This document shows, in pieces, positions 1 through 11,426 of a stretch of DNA of 64,000 nt. The DNA lies in the NCBI GenBank assembly GCA_963797555.1, contig CAWCPV010000003.1:704001-768000 (forward strand). Direction: 5' to 3'. Origin of the DNA: an uncultured Gammaproteobacteria bacterium (GTDB lineage: Bacteria; Pseudomonadota; Gammaproteobacteria; CAWCPV01). Within the stretch, counting starts at the first letter, position 1; each line of letters begins with the position of its first letter. Both the position numbers and the translations under genes were made by a program. A model generated the notes under the pieces. That model was given only the letters and a program-made list of their open reading frames with translations. It was not told the origin of the DNA and did not search any database.

Positions 1-1458
1 ATCTCAAGGAAGCGTGGGAGCGGCTCAATCAGAGTCCCTCCAATAGCTCTCGTCCGCCGAGCAGTCAAGACCCCTGGCTGCGTGCGCGGGAGGACGAAGA
101 GGCCGACGCCGGTCCTGAGGACGAGGAGGCCAAGAGCCGTTCTGAGGAGGATGGCCTCCCCGGGGCTGGCGGCCAGAAGGGCGCAAAGGACACGAGTGGC
201 AAGACCTCAGGGACGCAGCGCCGAGCGGGCCGGCAGCCTGGCTCCCAGGGATTCGGGCGCGCCCAGAAGCTGACAGTCACCGATTGGGACCATCATCGGC
301 CGGGAAGTTGTGCGCTGTGTGGTGGGGCGCTCAATCCTGAGCAGGCGAAGCCCTACACCGCCTTTGATAGGCTGGACTTGGTCTTTGGCGATGAGCAGGC
401 GCCGGGGCTGCGCCTGACCTGCACGCGGCAGGTATACTACCAGAGCCGTTGCGACTGTGGTCATGAGACCCGGCAGGCGCCGCACCGCGCGCCCGAGCAC
501 TTGGGATGCTGGCGAGGGGTGGAGCTTGGCGAGTGGCGCCTGGTGGGGCCGGGATTGTGCGCCTTCATCGTCTGGCTGCGGTTTCGGATGCGCCTGTCCA
601 TCCGCCTGGTCCGGGAGTTCCTGCACGAGGTGTTTGGGCTGGCGCTCGGCATCGGCACCCTCCACCAATGCGTGATGGAGACCGCCCGTGCCTGCGAGCC
701 GGTCGAGGATGAGCTGGTGACCCAGTTGCTGGAAGCGGCCCTCATGCATGCCGATGAGACACCGCACAAGCAATGGGGAGAGCCCTTGTGGTTATGGGTG
801 TTCATCTCGGCCTCGACGGCGCTGTTCTTGGTCGGCTCTCGCGCCAAAGAGATGTTTCAGAACCTCATCGAGGATCTCTTCTGCGGCTATCTGATGAGCG
901 ATGGGTACCAGGTCTATCGGGACTATGCCAAGCGCCTGCGTTGCTGGGCGCATCTCATTCGCAAGGCCCGGGGCCTGAGGGATTGCCTCTCGCCCACCCT
1001 CCAGGGCTACGGCCAGGCGGTCTATGACCTGCTCGATGCGCTGATGCAGGCCGTCTATCACGCCCGCGAGGGACCGGGCGGCTCCCTGCGGCAAGCCCAC
1101 CCGGGCGAGCTCAACACTCACGGCCCTGTGTGAACGCATGAGCTGCTGCCCTTATGACAAGGCCCAGGCGCTGGGCAAGGAGCTGCTCAACGACTGGGGG
1201 GCGATCTTCCGGGTGTTGGATGAGCCTCAGCTGCCGCTGACCAACAACGTGGCGGAGCGGGCGCTGCGTCACTGGGTGATTCTGCGTCGCATCAGCCAGG
1301 GGACCCGCAGCGAACAAGGCAGCCGGGCGCTGGCGCTGCTCGCCAGTGTGATCGAGACTTCTCGGCTGCGATTGAGCTCCCCGCTGTGCTATCTCAGAGA
1401 TGTCCTCGCCCACCGACGCCGCGGCTTTGAGGCACCGCCGCTTCCTGCGCCCGCTTGA
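1..1458 (+). CDS. IS66-family transposase (TnpC-like), 5' truncated by window edge, apparent frameshift near 1115
   Basis: SPSNSSRPPSSQDP, zinc-finger C-x2-C, HADET, SDGY, RCWAHLIRK and LTNNVAERALR motifs; 2 nt shorter than copy 2 near 1115. Confidence 0.9.
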
Positions 1459-1460
1459 GT

Positions 1461-2369
1461 TCAGCGCTCACCGCGCAGGCGCTCTCTGGCCTGCGGGTGC
1501 AGAGCGTAGAGGAAGACCCGCTTTATCGCTCTGCCATGGCGTTGGTGCGCACGGTCCATGCGCCCGCGTCCGCTGGTCTCGCCCACCTCGCACCAGTTGG
1601 CCGCCCGGTAGCAGGTCCCGGCAAAGCGGGCCGGGTCCACCAGGGTCTCCAGCAGCCAGGGACGCAGCCCATAGTGGCGCTCCCAATCCCCTACGATGCG
1701 CCGGCTGCCCAAGGCCAGCACGTGGCTCGCCAGATGAGGCACTTTCACCCAGGGCAGAATCAGGAAGCGCCCCTGATTGACGATGCGTGCGAGGTGCGCT
1801 TTGCGCGCTCTCTCGTCCCAGCCGATCCACGCATCGCGGGCCTGCATGCGCCAGGCCGGGCTGGTGTAGGTGAGCCCGCCCAACACCTCCCCCTCCCGGC
1901 GCTGGGAGCGGATGAGATAGACCAACTGGGCCCCAAAGGGTGTGGCATAGCCCAAGTAGTGATAGCGCGCGAGAAGCTCGCGCCACAATGCCCGTCCCTC
2001 GGCCTGGCGCACTAACTGAAGCTCCACCGGGGCCACCTCCTGCAGCGCACCGGCAATCTCGCCGCGGCGTTCGCCCCGATCGGTCTGCGCAGTGCAGGTG
2101 CGCCGCCCCTTGGGCCTGCCCGTGCGCTTGGCGGGAAGCCTCAGATCCCCCCGAGCTTCCAACCGCTCCAGTAGATCCCGACACTCGCGGGACTTCAGGG
2201 CTCCGTTGTCCCGTCTCCACCCCAGCAGCTCACAGATGGTCTGCGCCAGCTCAAAACGACTCAGGCCCACGCACATCGACACCATTCGGACGATGGCGGA
2301 GATCTCCTCTTCGGTAAAGCTCCGGCCGCTCGCCGTGATCGCCTGCGGAATAGAGGGCTCTTGATCCAT
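1461..2369 (-). CDS. DUF4338 domain protein (DruA-like), IS passenger
   Basis: YHYLGY, RDAWIGW, RFLILPWV, HLASHVL, LLETLVD, FAGTCYRAANW motifs typical of DUF4338; intact 302 aa. Confidence 0.85.
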   Translation of the reverse strand: MDQEPSIPQAITASGRSFTEEEISAIVRMVSMCVGLSRFELAQTICELLGWRRDNGALKSRECRDLLERLEARGDLRLPAKRTGRPKGRRTCTAQTDRGERRGEIAGALQEVAPVELQLVRQAEGRALWRELLARYHYLGYATPFGAQLVYLIRSQRREGEVLGGLTYTSPAWRMQARDAWIGWDERARKAHLARIVNQGRFLILPWVKVPHLASHVLALGSRRIVGDWERHYGLRPWLLETLVDPARFAGTCYRAANWCEVGETSGRGRMDRAHQRHGRAIKRVFLYALHPQARERLRGER

Positions 2370-2485
2370 GAGCCGGGAGTGTACGACAAGCCGAGCGGCT
2401 CTGCTGCGCTGGACGCGCTCTTAACGCATCGATCAACTGGTGGGAGGGTCTGAACGGTTACCACTTACTGTGGTCGGGAAAGGGC

Positions 2486-3865
2486 ATGCCGGTCCGCATC
2501 TCGGAGGCCATCGTGCAGAGCCGTCCCCGTGCCAGTGCGGTGCCGGGCGCCCAGTCGAGAGCGAGGCGCGGGGCACTGGTGACTGCTGGCGGGACCCCGC
2601 ATCGAGGACGAGAAGTGTCGCAAGCGTTCTTGACCGAGCCGAGCGAAGTGCAGGCAGCCATCGACCGGCTGCTGATGGAGCAGGGCGAAGTAGCGCCCGT
2701 GGAGGTGCTCCTGGCGATCGGCTGCCTCGCCTATCGAGACTACGAAGCATGGCGCGAGGGCCGCGTGGCTTTCCTGGAGGACGTGCTGCAATGCTCTCCG
2801 GAGGAGGTGCGACGGCTGCTGCAGGAGGTCGGCGCTCGGGCGCTGGCCCATGGGCTCAGGGCCGAAGAGCATTCCTACGCCCACTGGGCCGGGCCGCAGC
2901 CACTCCGTTGTTCGCGCGGCAGCGAGGAACCGCTGTTCCTCACCCGCTACCGTCCTCCGTCCGACCGGGCGCAGCTCGACCTCTTCTACGACAGCCGCGA
3001 GGCGGTGCTGGTGAACGGATTGCGGCTGGCGCTCGCCGCACGGCGGACCGACGAGGCGGCGCGGCTGCTGGGCGAGATTCGCCGCGCCCTTCCGGGCCAC
3101 CGGCAGAAGGGTCTGTTCGAGTGTCTGGTCGCTGCCCAGGCCGACCTCGGAGCGCCGGTGGGCGACCCCGCCGCGGAGCTGGAGCAGTTGCTCAGCCGCA
3201 TCGAGCCCGCGGCGCGAGAGGCGCTGGGACCCCAGGCCCGCGACTTTCTGGTGCCGCACTGGCGGCGCCTGGCGGGAGCGCTCGCCGGTCGCCCGTTCGA
3301 CGCGGAACGCCCCGAGATCCACGGGAGCTTCGCGGCCGCCCGCGCAGAGGACTCGGATGCTGCGCGCCAGGCAGTGGAGGCCGAGTCGGCCTGGCGGTCC
3401 GAGCCGGTCTTGATCCAGCGCCATGCCGTGGCCTGCGAGCGCCTGGGCGAGAGGCAAGCAGCCCTCGCCGACTGGTGCCTGCTGTGCTGGGACTTCCCGG
3501 CTTCTGCTCCGGATGCGCTCCCGGAGAGCGGACTCCTCGGAGCAGCCTGGGCGGACTTTCAGGACCTGGAACCGCCCCTGGAAGCCCCCGACTTCCCCGC
3601 CTGGCTGGTGCTTCAGGGCACTGCCTCCTTCGCTCCCCCACAGGCAGCCAACGCCGCAGCGCGGGAGACCTTCGAGCGCATACAGTGGCTGGCCGCACAG
3701 CCGGCCGCCGCGCCCGATGAGCGGGTGCTGGCCGCCCGACGCGAGCTTCGGGCGAGGCATCCGCGCCTGTTCGACCTCTACATGGCCGCCGTAGCAGCGA
3801 GCCGAGAGGCCGACCCAAAACAGAGCTGCCGCCCCCGGCGGGTGGGGGTCTCCGCCGTCCCATGA
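2486..3865 (+). CDS. Hypothetical alpha-helical protein (459 aa; true start may be downstream)
   Basis: Long ORF with protein-like composition and GC3 bias; no recognised motif. Confidence 0.6.
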   Translation: MPVRISEAIVQSRPRASAVPGAQSRARRGALVTAGGTPHRGREVSQAFLTEPSEVQAAIDRLLMEQGEVAPVEVLLAIGCLAYRDYEAWREGRVAFLEDVLQCSPEEVRRLLQEVGARALAHGLRAEEHSYAHWAGPQPLRCSRGSEEPLFLTRYRPPSDRAQLDLFYDSREAVLVNGLRLALAARRTDEAARLLGEIRRALPGHRQKGLFECLVAAQADLGAPVGDPAAELEQLLSRIEPAAREALGPQARDFLVPHWRRLAGALAGRPFDAERPEIHGSFAAARAEDSDAARQAVEAESAWRSEPVLIQRHAVACERLGERQAALADWCLLCWDFPASAPDALPESGLLGAAWADFQDLEPPLEAPDFPAWLVLQGTASFAPPQAANAAARETFERIQWLAAQPAAAPDERVLAARRELRARHPRLFDLYMAAVAASREADPKQSCRPRRVGVSAVP

Positions 3866-4180
3866 CTGACCAGCTCGACCTGCCCCTGCCCTTTCCTGAG
3901 CTGGCGCGCGACCTGCCGCTGATGCCCGCGCGCATGGTCAACGAGTACCAGTACTGCCCCCGGCTCGCGTACCTGGAGTGGGTGCAGGGCGAGTGGGAGG
4001 ACTCTTCGGATACCGTGGAGGGCCGCTACACGCATCGCCGCGTGGACAAGCCGGGAGGCGAGCTGCCGCCTCCCAAAAGAGCTGGAGTCCGGCGACCGCG
4101 TCCACGCACGCTCCCTCACGCTTTCATCCAACCGCCTCGGGCTCATCGCGAAGATCGACCTCATCGAGGGCGAGGTGCTG
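3862..4180 (+). pseudogene. cas4: N-terminal Cas4 fragment resembling the Cas4/Cas1 fusion of type I-G (I-U) systems, truncated
   Basis: [24 protein letters not shown]...[12 protein letters not shown], continuing after a shift near 4075 as [24 protein letters not shown], then breaks off. Confidence 0.75.
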
Positions 4181-4216
4181 TGGAGAGGGCGGGCTAAACA
4201 CGCGCCCTTCTTCTTC

Positions 4217-4773
4217 TCATAGCTTGCATTTGAACGTCCATCCACCTTCTCCGGGGGTGATGGCCTCCACCACCGCGTCCTCTAGGTACAGGAGCTTCGG
4301 CCAAGGCCCCAAATCGCCATTGTTCGCCAAGTCCTTGTAAAGAAATAGATTACAGACGAAGAGCCCAGCCATTGAGTTGAGAACGTTTTCGAGATTCCCC
4401 TTGGTGTACTGTAAGTCCCGGTGATGCTTGACCTTGTTGTATGCTGTCCACCACGCTGGCGTTTTGTCAGCCCCCCAATCGGTCCATGGGGTGACGTTAG
4501 TTCGTAACTAGGGACCTCGACCTTCATATCGGCAAAGCTCGGGACATGCTGCGTCATCGTTCTCCGGTAAGCACGTTCTGAAGCAGCGTCAGGATTATGT
4601 GGTCTGCAAAGCAGCTTGAGAATAACGTCGGATTCTGACGAGGAAGCAAGAAGGAGATGAACCATCTCCAGCGAAAAGGTCTTGTAGTTCGCCCTGGAAA
4701 ACTCAACGAACCTGGCAAGTCGCAATAGATCCTCCTCCAAGGCAAGTAAGTAACTCCAGTGAAAAAGCCTCAT
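4217..4773 (-). CDS. Hypothetical protein (~185 aa, one frameshift near 4495), possible HEPN-like fold
   Basis: Lower GC; after the shift reads PWTDWGADKTPAWWTAYNKVKHHR...NLENVLNSMAGL to a stop at 4217. Confidence 0.55.
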
Positions 4774-4851
4774 CCGCCGTTCCTTCTCCTCTTTATCACT
4801 CGCATGCGGGCGTGCTGTGGGATCCGGGGAGAGGACCCTCCGGCGAGCCGG

Positions 4852-5103
4852 TTACGGATACGCTTCACCTCTCGAAGTGAACTTGATGAGGACGATTCTT
4901 TTTGTAGCGGCATCTGGACGATAGATCAGACGATAGTCACCGATCCTACAGCGCCAGTGCCCTTTCGGCTCACCCTCAAGCGGCTTCACCGTATCTCCGT
5001 GAGGCTCAAGAGGTGCATCACAAAGCGCAGCCAAAGCTTCCAGAATACGTCCTTGAGTTTTCTTATCAACGTGTGAGATCGATTGGCGGAAAGTATGCGA
5101 CAT
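4852..5103 (-). CDS. RelE/ParE-family toxin domain (possibly C-terminal remnant of a larger protein)
   Basis: VKPLEG...WRCRIGDYRLIY motif; no antitoxin adjacent. Confidence 0.7.
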   Translation of the reverse strand: MSHTFRQSISHVDKKTQGRILEALAALCDAPLEPHGDTVKPLEGEPKGHWRCRIGDYRLIYRPDAATKRIVLIKFTSRGEAYP

Positions 5104-5123
5104 GCCAAAACTCCATTCCTCTT

Positions 5124-5425
5124 CTACTTCCGCAGCATCGAAAGCTCGACGCTGTCGGCGCCAGTCTGCCGGATCTCCGCGCTCGCGATGTCGACCCAGC
5201 CCGGCTGGTTCTTGGACATTCGCGTGCCGAGGGTGCAGGGCTTGCTCGGCTGGGTCCCCTCGCAGTTCACGAGCTGCAAGTCCCCCGCCGCGTCGCGCAC
5301 CATGGTGGTGCCCGGCTCGGAGGTCGCGATCTCCGAGGCGCCGGCCCGCGGCCCCGCCGCGAGGAGCGCCAGCGCCGCGAGGCCGGCGCAGAGTCCAAAG
5401 GAGCGAGCGGACATCATCGCGACCA
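5124..5425 (-). CDS. Secreted hypothetical protein, probably 3' truncated
   Basis: Signal peptide-like GLCAGLAALALLAAGPRAGA; abuts the RelE ORF. Confidence 0.45.
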
Positions 5426-5698
5426 TCCCTAAGGATAAAAGCATAGGAAAACCCAATCGCCCCAACGTTCGTTGCTCGCGCACTTCAACGGGCCGCCGCC
5501 GCGAAGGTTGCGACCAATAGAAGGCACGTCGCGATGTGTCGCAAGAGACTTCCACCTGGCCCACTGCTGCAAAATCCTTCCCGCGCGCCTTTCAACTCCC
5601 GCTCAACTCCCGCCCCTTCCGGAGCATATACCCCGCCTGCTGCCATTTTCAAACCCGTGGCGCTCGACGGCGCTTGACAGCGCGAGTGGTGCCGCCCG

Positions 5699-5900
5699 AT
5701 GCCAAGGTTGGGGGTCCTGCGGGTCCTGCTCCTTCTGTTTGTGCCGACCGAGGTCGGGCTTGCCGGGCTCGCGAACTTCGTGGGCGGATTTCTGGTTCTG
5801 TCGGGAAGCGTCGAGACCGACCTGATGCGAGCAGCTACCGCCACGGCGCGGCACCGTGGTGAGCGTCGCCTACCAGCGCCGCATGCTGGGCTCCCTCCGC
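5699..5900 (+). pseudogene. Degenerate fragment resembling NuoM/MrpD antiporter-like subunit C-terminus
   Basis: MPRLGV...[17 protein letters not shown] resembles GLPGLxNFVGEFLIL. Confidence 0.35.
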
Positions 5901-6143
5901 CTCCCGACCCTGCCGCGGTCCGTGGGCTTGCGCGGTGCGTCCGAGGAAGGGACCGAGCAAGTACTAAGGTCAGACCCTACCGCTGGCCGCGGCCTTCCGC
6001 CAGGAACGGCTCCTGCGCGTCTTGCTGCCCGGGCTCGCGGCAGGGTGACGATGGTGTGGGCAGCCCCCTGACCGATAGGCAGCCCGCTGCCGTTGGGTAT
6101 TCGGCGGCTGACCGAAGCCGCCCCAGGCCGTACAATCTCGCCT

Positions 6144-7971
6144 ATGAGCATCCCCGACCCGGTCACGGACGATATCTACGCTACGCTGCGCCGGGTGTAT
6201 GGCTACCACGCCTTCCGCCCCCACCAGCGGGAGATAGTCGAGGATCTCATCGCCGGCCGCGACGCCTTCGTGCTGATGCCGACCGGCGGCGGCAAGTCCC
6301 TGTGCTATCAGCTCCCGGCCATGCACCGGCCGGGGGTGGCGATCGTGGTCTCGCCGCTGATCTCGCTGATGAAGGATCAGGTGGACGCGCTGGTGGCCAA
6401 CGGCGTAGCGGCGGCCTTCTACAACTCGGCTCTGGGCTCCCAGGAGGCGCGCCAAGTGCTGGCCCGGCTGCACGCCGACGAGCTGGACCTGCTCTACATC
6501 GCCCCGGAGCGGCTGATGACCCCGGCTTTCCTGGAGCGCTTGGCGGACATCGACATCGCGCTGTTCGCCATCGACGAGGCCCACTGCGTGTCTCAGTGGG
6601 GTCACGACTTCCGCCCCGAGTACGTGCAGCTCGGCGCGCTGCGCGGGCATTTCTCCGATATCCCGCTGGTGGCGCTCACCGCCACCGCCGATCCCCAGAC
6701 GCGCGAGGATATCGTCGCGCGTTCTGGGGCTCACCAGGCGCGGCGCTACGTCACCAGCTTCGACCGCCCGAACATCCGCTACACCGTGCTGGAGAAGCAC
6801 AAGCCCTTCGACCAGTTGCTGCGTTTCCTGGGAGTCCACCGAGGCGAGGCCGGCATCGTCTACGCGCTCTCGCGCAAGCGGGTGGACGAGATCACCCACA
6901 AGCTGCGCGAGCAAGGCGTGCGGCCGACGCCTATCACGCCGGACTGCCCGCCGCCCACCGCCGCAGCGTCCAGGAGCGCTTCCTGCGCGACGAGCTGCAG
7001 GTGGTGGTGGCCACGGTCGCCTTCGGCATGGGCATCGACAAGCCCAATGTGCGCTTCGTCGTGCACTACGACCTCCCCAAGAACATCGAGGGGTACTACC
7101 AGGAGACCGGGCGCGCCGGGCGCGACGGGCTGCCGGCCGAGGCGCTGCTGCTGTACGGCGCCCAGGACGTGGCCACTGCCCGCGGGCTGGTGGAGAACAA
7201 CGCCAACCCGCAGCAGCGGCGCATCGAGCTGCACAAGCTCAACGCCATGATCGGGTTTCGCGGAGAGCGTTACCTGCCGGCGGCGGGTGCTGCTGGGCTA
7301 TTTCGGGGAGCGCTTGGAGGCCGAGTGCGGCAACTGCGACGTTTGCCTCAACCCGCCCGAGCGCTTCGACGCTACGGTGGACGCACAGAAGGCCCTGTCC
7401 TGCGTGTACCGGGTGAATCAGCGCTTCGGCATCAAGCACGTCGTCGATGTGCTGCGCGGCGCCGACACCGAGCGCATCCGCAGCCTCGCGCACCAGCGCC
7501 TTTCCACCTTCGGGATCGGCTCGGACAAGGGCGAGCAGGAATGGACCTCGATCCTCCGCCAGCTCATCCACCACGGCTACCTGGCCCAGGACATCGCCAA
7601 CTACTCGGTGCTCAAGCTGACCCCGGCGGCGCGTCCGCTCCTGCGCGGCGAGCAACGTCTGGAGCTGGCCCGGCCGCGCATCAAGGCTCCAGGTCCAGAA
7701 GAAAGCGCCGCGGGCGGCCGCCGACCACGGCCCATACGACGACGCCCTGTTCCAGCACCTCCGGGCGCTGCGCAAACGCCTGGCGGATGCGCAGGGCGTG
7801 CCGCCCTACATCGTCTTCGGCGACGCCACCCTGATTCAGATGACCCGCCTCAAGCCCATGCGCGAGGACGAGCTGTTGCGCATTACCGGCGTCGGGCAAA
7901 GCAAGCTGGAGAAGTACGGCGCAGATTTCCTGGACGCCATCGCGGAACACTGCCGGGGCAAGCGGGACTGA
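6144..7971 (+). CDS. recQ: ATP-dependent DNA helicase RecQ (apparent frameshifts near 6920, 7255, 7690)
   Basis: [61 protein letters not shown] and HRDC ([12 protein letters not shown]) across frames. Confidence 0.93.
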
Positions 7972-8201
7972 GCCGTCGACCTGGGCCCGGGGCCGCGCAC
8001 CACCTCGCTGGCACCACAGTCTCTCCCGCTGCCGCCGTATCGGCTACAATTAGCACCGGCGCGACGCCGGCTACCGCGTCTGCGCCTCTGAGCAGGGACC
8101 GAACTACCCAAGGCAGCCTGGCGTCGGGCTCGAGCCGTGGGGGCAGCGAATGACGGCGTTCCGCGCCGTTCGGTTACGCCGTAGGAATGGAGGCTGCAGC
8201 A

Positions 8202-8441
8202 ATGGGTTTTTCGGGGGCATTCAGCTTCTGGCACTGGGTCATCCTCCTCATCGTGGTGGTCCTGGTCTTCGGCACCAAACGCCTAGCCACACTCGGTACG
8301 GACGTGGGCGAAGCCGTCAAGAGCTTCCGCCACGCCGTGCGCGCTGCCACGGAAGATGAGGCGAGCGCCGAGCACGAACGGAGCAAGCTGCCTCCTGACC
8401 CCGACGGTCCTGACGCCCGCGGCCCTACCCTCCCCTCCTAA
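8202..8441 (+). CDS. tatA: Sec-independent translocase subunit TatA/E
   Basis: [34 protein letters not shown]. Confidence 0.9.
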   Translation: MGFSGAFSFWHWVILLIVVVLVFGTKRLATLGTDVGEAVKSFRHAVRAATEDEASAEHERSKLPPDPDGPDARGPTLPS

Positions 8442-8479
8442 GGCACCCCGCCCTCCCCTGACGCCTCGGTCACACCGGC

Positions 8480-9931
8480 GTGCGTCCCGCTGCGATCGCT
8501 TTCGTACTCGGCGTTCTGCTGATGATGTTCTCCCCCACACTGCTGGTCCCGGCGGTGGTGGGATCGTGGTATGGGGACGGCGCCGTCTTGCCTTACCTGC
8601 TGGCAGCGGTGATCTGCCTGGCGGGCGGCCTCGCCTTCTGGTTTCCGAACCGTCAGCGCCGGCCGGATCTGGGCACCCGCGACGGCTTTGCGATAGTGGT
8701 GCTGTTCTGGGTGGTGCTATCCCTGGTGGCGGCACTGCCTTTCATGTTCGCCGAGCACCCCCACATGCACCTGGCCCGGGCGGTGTTCGAGGCCGTCTCG
8801 GGCCTGACCACCACTGGCGCATCTGTGCTGTCGGGCCTAGACAAGCTGCCCCACGCCATCCTCTATTACCGGTCCCAGCTCAACTTCCTGGGCGGAATGG
8901 GCATCGTGGTGCTGGCCGTGGCCATCCTGCCGATGCTCGGGGTCGGAGGGATGCAACTCTACCGGGCCGAGACCCCCGGCCCGATGAAAGACGAGAAACT
9001 TACTCCGCGCATCGCCGAGACCGCCAAATCGCTCTGGTACGTTTACTTGGGACTCAATCTCCTGTGCACCACGGCGTTCTGGGTCGCCGGCATGAACCTG
9101 TTCGACGCGGTGAACCACAGCTTCGCGACCATCGCCCTTGGCGGCTTCTCCACCCACGACGCCAGCCTCGGCTACTTCCGAAGCCCCGCGGTGGAGATCG
9201 TTGCCGGGCTGTTCTCGCTGATCGCGGGCGTCAACTTCTCGCTGCACTTCATGGCGTGGCACAACCTCAACCCGAAGGTCTACTTCCGCGACCCGGAGTG
9301 CAAGGCATACCTGGGCGTGGTCACTGTCCTGGTGGGCGTGACCTGCACGTACCTCTACCTGTCCGGGACCTTCCCTCTCTGGGAGTCGATCTACCACGGG
9401 TTCTTCCAGAGCCTCTCGGTGACTACCGACAACGGCCTGTCGACGACTGGCTACCCTTCGGACTGGCCGATGTTCCTGCCGGTGCTGCTGGTGATCGCGA
9501 GCTTCTTCGGGGGCTGCGCCGGCTCCACCTGCGGCGGCATCAAGGCCATGCGCTTCCTGCTCCTCTACAAGCAGGGCCTGCGCGAGGCAAAGCTGCTCAT
9601 CCACCCGCGCGCCCAGATGACGCTCAAGATCGGCCAACGCACCCTGCCCGAGCGGGTAGTCAACGCGGTTTGGGGCTTCGTCTTCCTTTACGTCGGGAGC
9701 TACCTCGGCTTCTCTCTGGCCCTGATGGCCATGGGCCTGGACCCGATGACCGCATTCGGGTCCGTGGCGTGCTGCATGAACAATATGGGCATCGGCCTGG
9801 GCGGCACCGCCTCCAACTTCGCCGGGCTGAGCAACGGCGAGATCTGGGTGCTGAGCGCTTCCATGCTGGTCGGCCGCTTCGAGGTGTTTCCGCTGCTGCT
9901 GCTGCTCCTGCCCGACTTCTGGCGCAAGTGA
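8480..9931 (+). CDS. trkH: Trk potassium uptake membrane protein
   Basis: FEAVSGLTTTGAS, LGGMGIVV, KLTPRIAETAK, GGCAGSTCGGIK, GRFEV. Confidence 0.93.
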   Translation: MRPAAIAFVLGVLLMMFSPTLLVPAVVGSWYGDGAVLPYLLAAVICLAGGLAFWFPNRQRRPDLGTRDGFAIVVLFWVVLSLVAALPFMFAEHPHMHLARAVFEAVSGLTTTGASVLSGLDKLPHAILYYRSQLNFLGGMGIVVLAVAILPMLGVGGMQLYRAETPGPMKDEKLTPRIAETAKSLWYVYLGLNLLCTTAFWVAGMNLFDAVNHSFATIALGGFSTHDASLGYFRSPAVEIVAGLFSLIAGVNFSLHFMAWHNLNPKVYFRDPECKAYLGVVTVLVGVTCTYLYLSGTFPLWESIYHGFFQSLSVTTDNGLSTTGYPSDWPMFLPVLLVIASFFGGCAGSTCGGIKAMRFLLLYKQGLREAKLLIHPRAQMTLKIGQRTLPERVVNAVWGFVFLYVGSYLGFSLALMAMGLDPMTAFGSVACCMNNMGIGLGGTASNFAGLSNGEIWVLSASMLVGRFEVFPLLLLLLPDFWRK

Positions 9932-10220
9932 GCGCGCATCCTGTTTAGCTTGGAGAGACCCCGGGGCCGCGCGGGCGCGCGCCCGGAAACGGCATTGCAC
10001 GGGTTCGCCTCCGGCCTAACGCCCCTTCGCGCAGCAAACTGGCACCCGCCGACTGGGAGGACATGGTCCCGCCGGACGAGACGGGTGCAGTACTCCCTGC
10101 CCTGCCGCTCGGTCCGTGGATTATACTTTTTCAGCCGTTCCGCGCAGCCGCCGGGTGTCCGCCAGCGTCTAGCCCATACCTTCTTTCCCCGCGCACACTC
10201 GCGCGTCCAGTGGAGGCAAC

Positions 10221-11126
10221 ATGAAGGTGTTCATTACCGGAGCCACCGGCTACATCGGCTTCAACGTCGCCTGTGCTTACCGCCGCGCCGGCCATGAGGT
10301 TTGGGGGCTGGTACGCAGCGCGGAAAAGGCTCGGACCGTGGCACGGCACGAGATCCGGCCCGTCATCGGCAGCCTGCAGGAGCCGGGAAGCTTTCTGCCC
10401 GTCGTCGAACGGTGCTCCGTGCTGATCCACGCCGCGGTCGATTACGCGGGCGATGCCTTCGAGCTCGACCGCAAGACCGTCGAGGCGCTGCTGTCCGCGG
10501 GATCTCAGGGTCCTGGGCCGAAGACGCTCATCTACACGGGCGGAGCCTGGGACTACGGGGATACGGGAGGCAAGCTGGTGGACGAGACCTCTCCGCTCTC
10601 GCCGCCCAAGCTGGTGGCGCGGCGCATCGCCACCGAGCGGATGGTGACCGAGTCCTCGGCCGTGCGCGGACTGGTGGTCCGTCCGGGCTGCGCATACGGC
10701 CGGCAGGGCGGCCTCACGGGGATGTGGTTCAGCGCAGCGGTCAAGGACAAGGCGCTGCAGGCCGTCGGCGACGGCACCGCTCGCTGGGCCGTGGTCCACG
10801 TGGACGACCTCGCCGACGGCTACCGGCGCGTGGGCGAAAGCGGTCTGTCCGGGGAGGTCTTCAACCTGACTGACGGCTCCCGCTTCACCGTTGCACAGAT
10901 GGTGCACGCGGTCGCCCAGGCCGCAGGCTACCGCGGCGAAGTGCGTTTCGTGCCCGTCGCGGAGGCTGCCGAGCGCATGGGCGACTTCGCCGAGTGCCTG
11001 GCGCTCGACCAGCACGTGGATGGACGCAAGGCGGTGCGTCTGCTCGACTGGCAGCCCGCGCACGGAGGCTTCGTGGACGAGGTCGACGCCTATTACGAGT
11101 CGTGGAAGGCGGCTCAGGACGCGTGA
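10221..11126 (+). CDS. NAD-dependent epimerase/dehydratase (extended SDR)
   Basis: KVFITGATGYIG Rossmann motif; VHVDDLA. Confidence 0.88.
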   Translation: MKVFITGATGYIGFNVACAYRRAGHEVWGLVRSAEKARTVARHEIRPVIGSLQEPGSFLPVVERCSVLIHAAVDYAGDAFELDRKTVEALLSAGSQGPGPKTLIYTGGAWDYGDTGGKLVDETSPLSPPKLVARRIATERMVTESSAVRGLVVRPGCAYGRQGGLTGMWFSAAVKDKALQAVGDGTARWAVVHVDDLADGYRRVGESGLSGEVFNLTDGSRFTVAQMVHAVAQAAGYRGEVRFVPVAEAAERMGDFAECLALDQHVDGRKAVRLLDWQPAHGGFVDEVDAYYESWKAAQDA

Positions 11127-11426
11127 GCGGAGCGACGACGGACGGAGCGGGCGCAAGCCCCGCTTAGCGGGTCCATGGGAGGCGACCTGCGCTCCGCGTA
11201 GGCCGATCCGGGAAGACTCGTCGGGCCGGAGCAAGCGCTGCGAGAGTCCCGAATATGCACTGCGGCGCCGTTCGAATCACCGTGCACCCTACGGCGGTCG
11301 CCGAGCCGTCCCGTTCGAGGGGGACCTCGCGGCCCCCCGAAGCTCTCATCGCTCCAACAGCGGCGCGCCCCCGTAGATGAGGCCGTCAGTCTGCGGTGGG
11401 TTGGACACGCCTGCGCGCGCCCAGCT

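Larger units (their letters stand above)
1..2461 (+). mobile_element. IS66-like element copy 1 (left end outside window), transposase plus convergent DUF4338 gene
   Basis: Near-identical reverse complement of 18714..~21177; ends in ...TGAACGGTTAC (GTAACCGTTCA terminal IR) at 2451-2461. Confidence 0.9.

Noticed and set aside
2462-5700. CRISPR array near the cas4 fragment
   Set aside because: No regularly spaced direct repeats found here or elsewhere in the window
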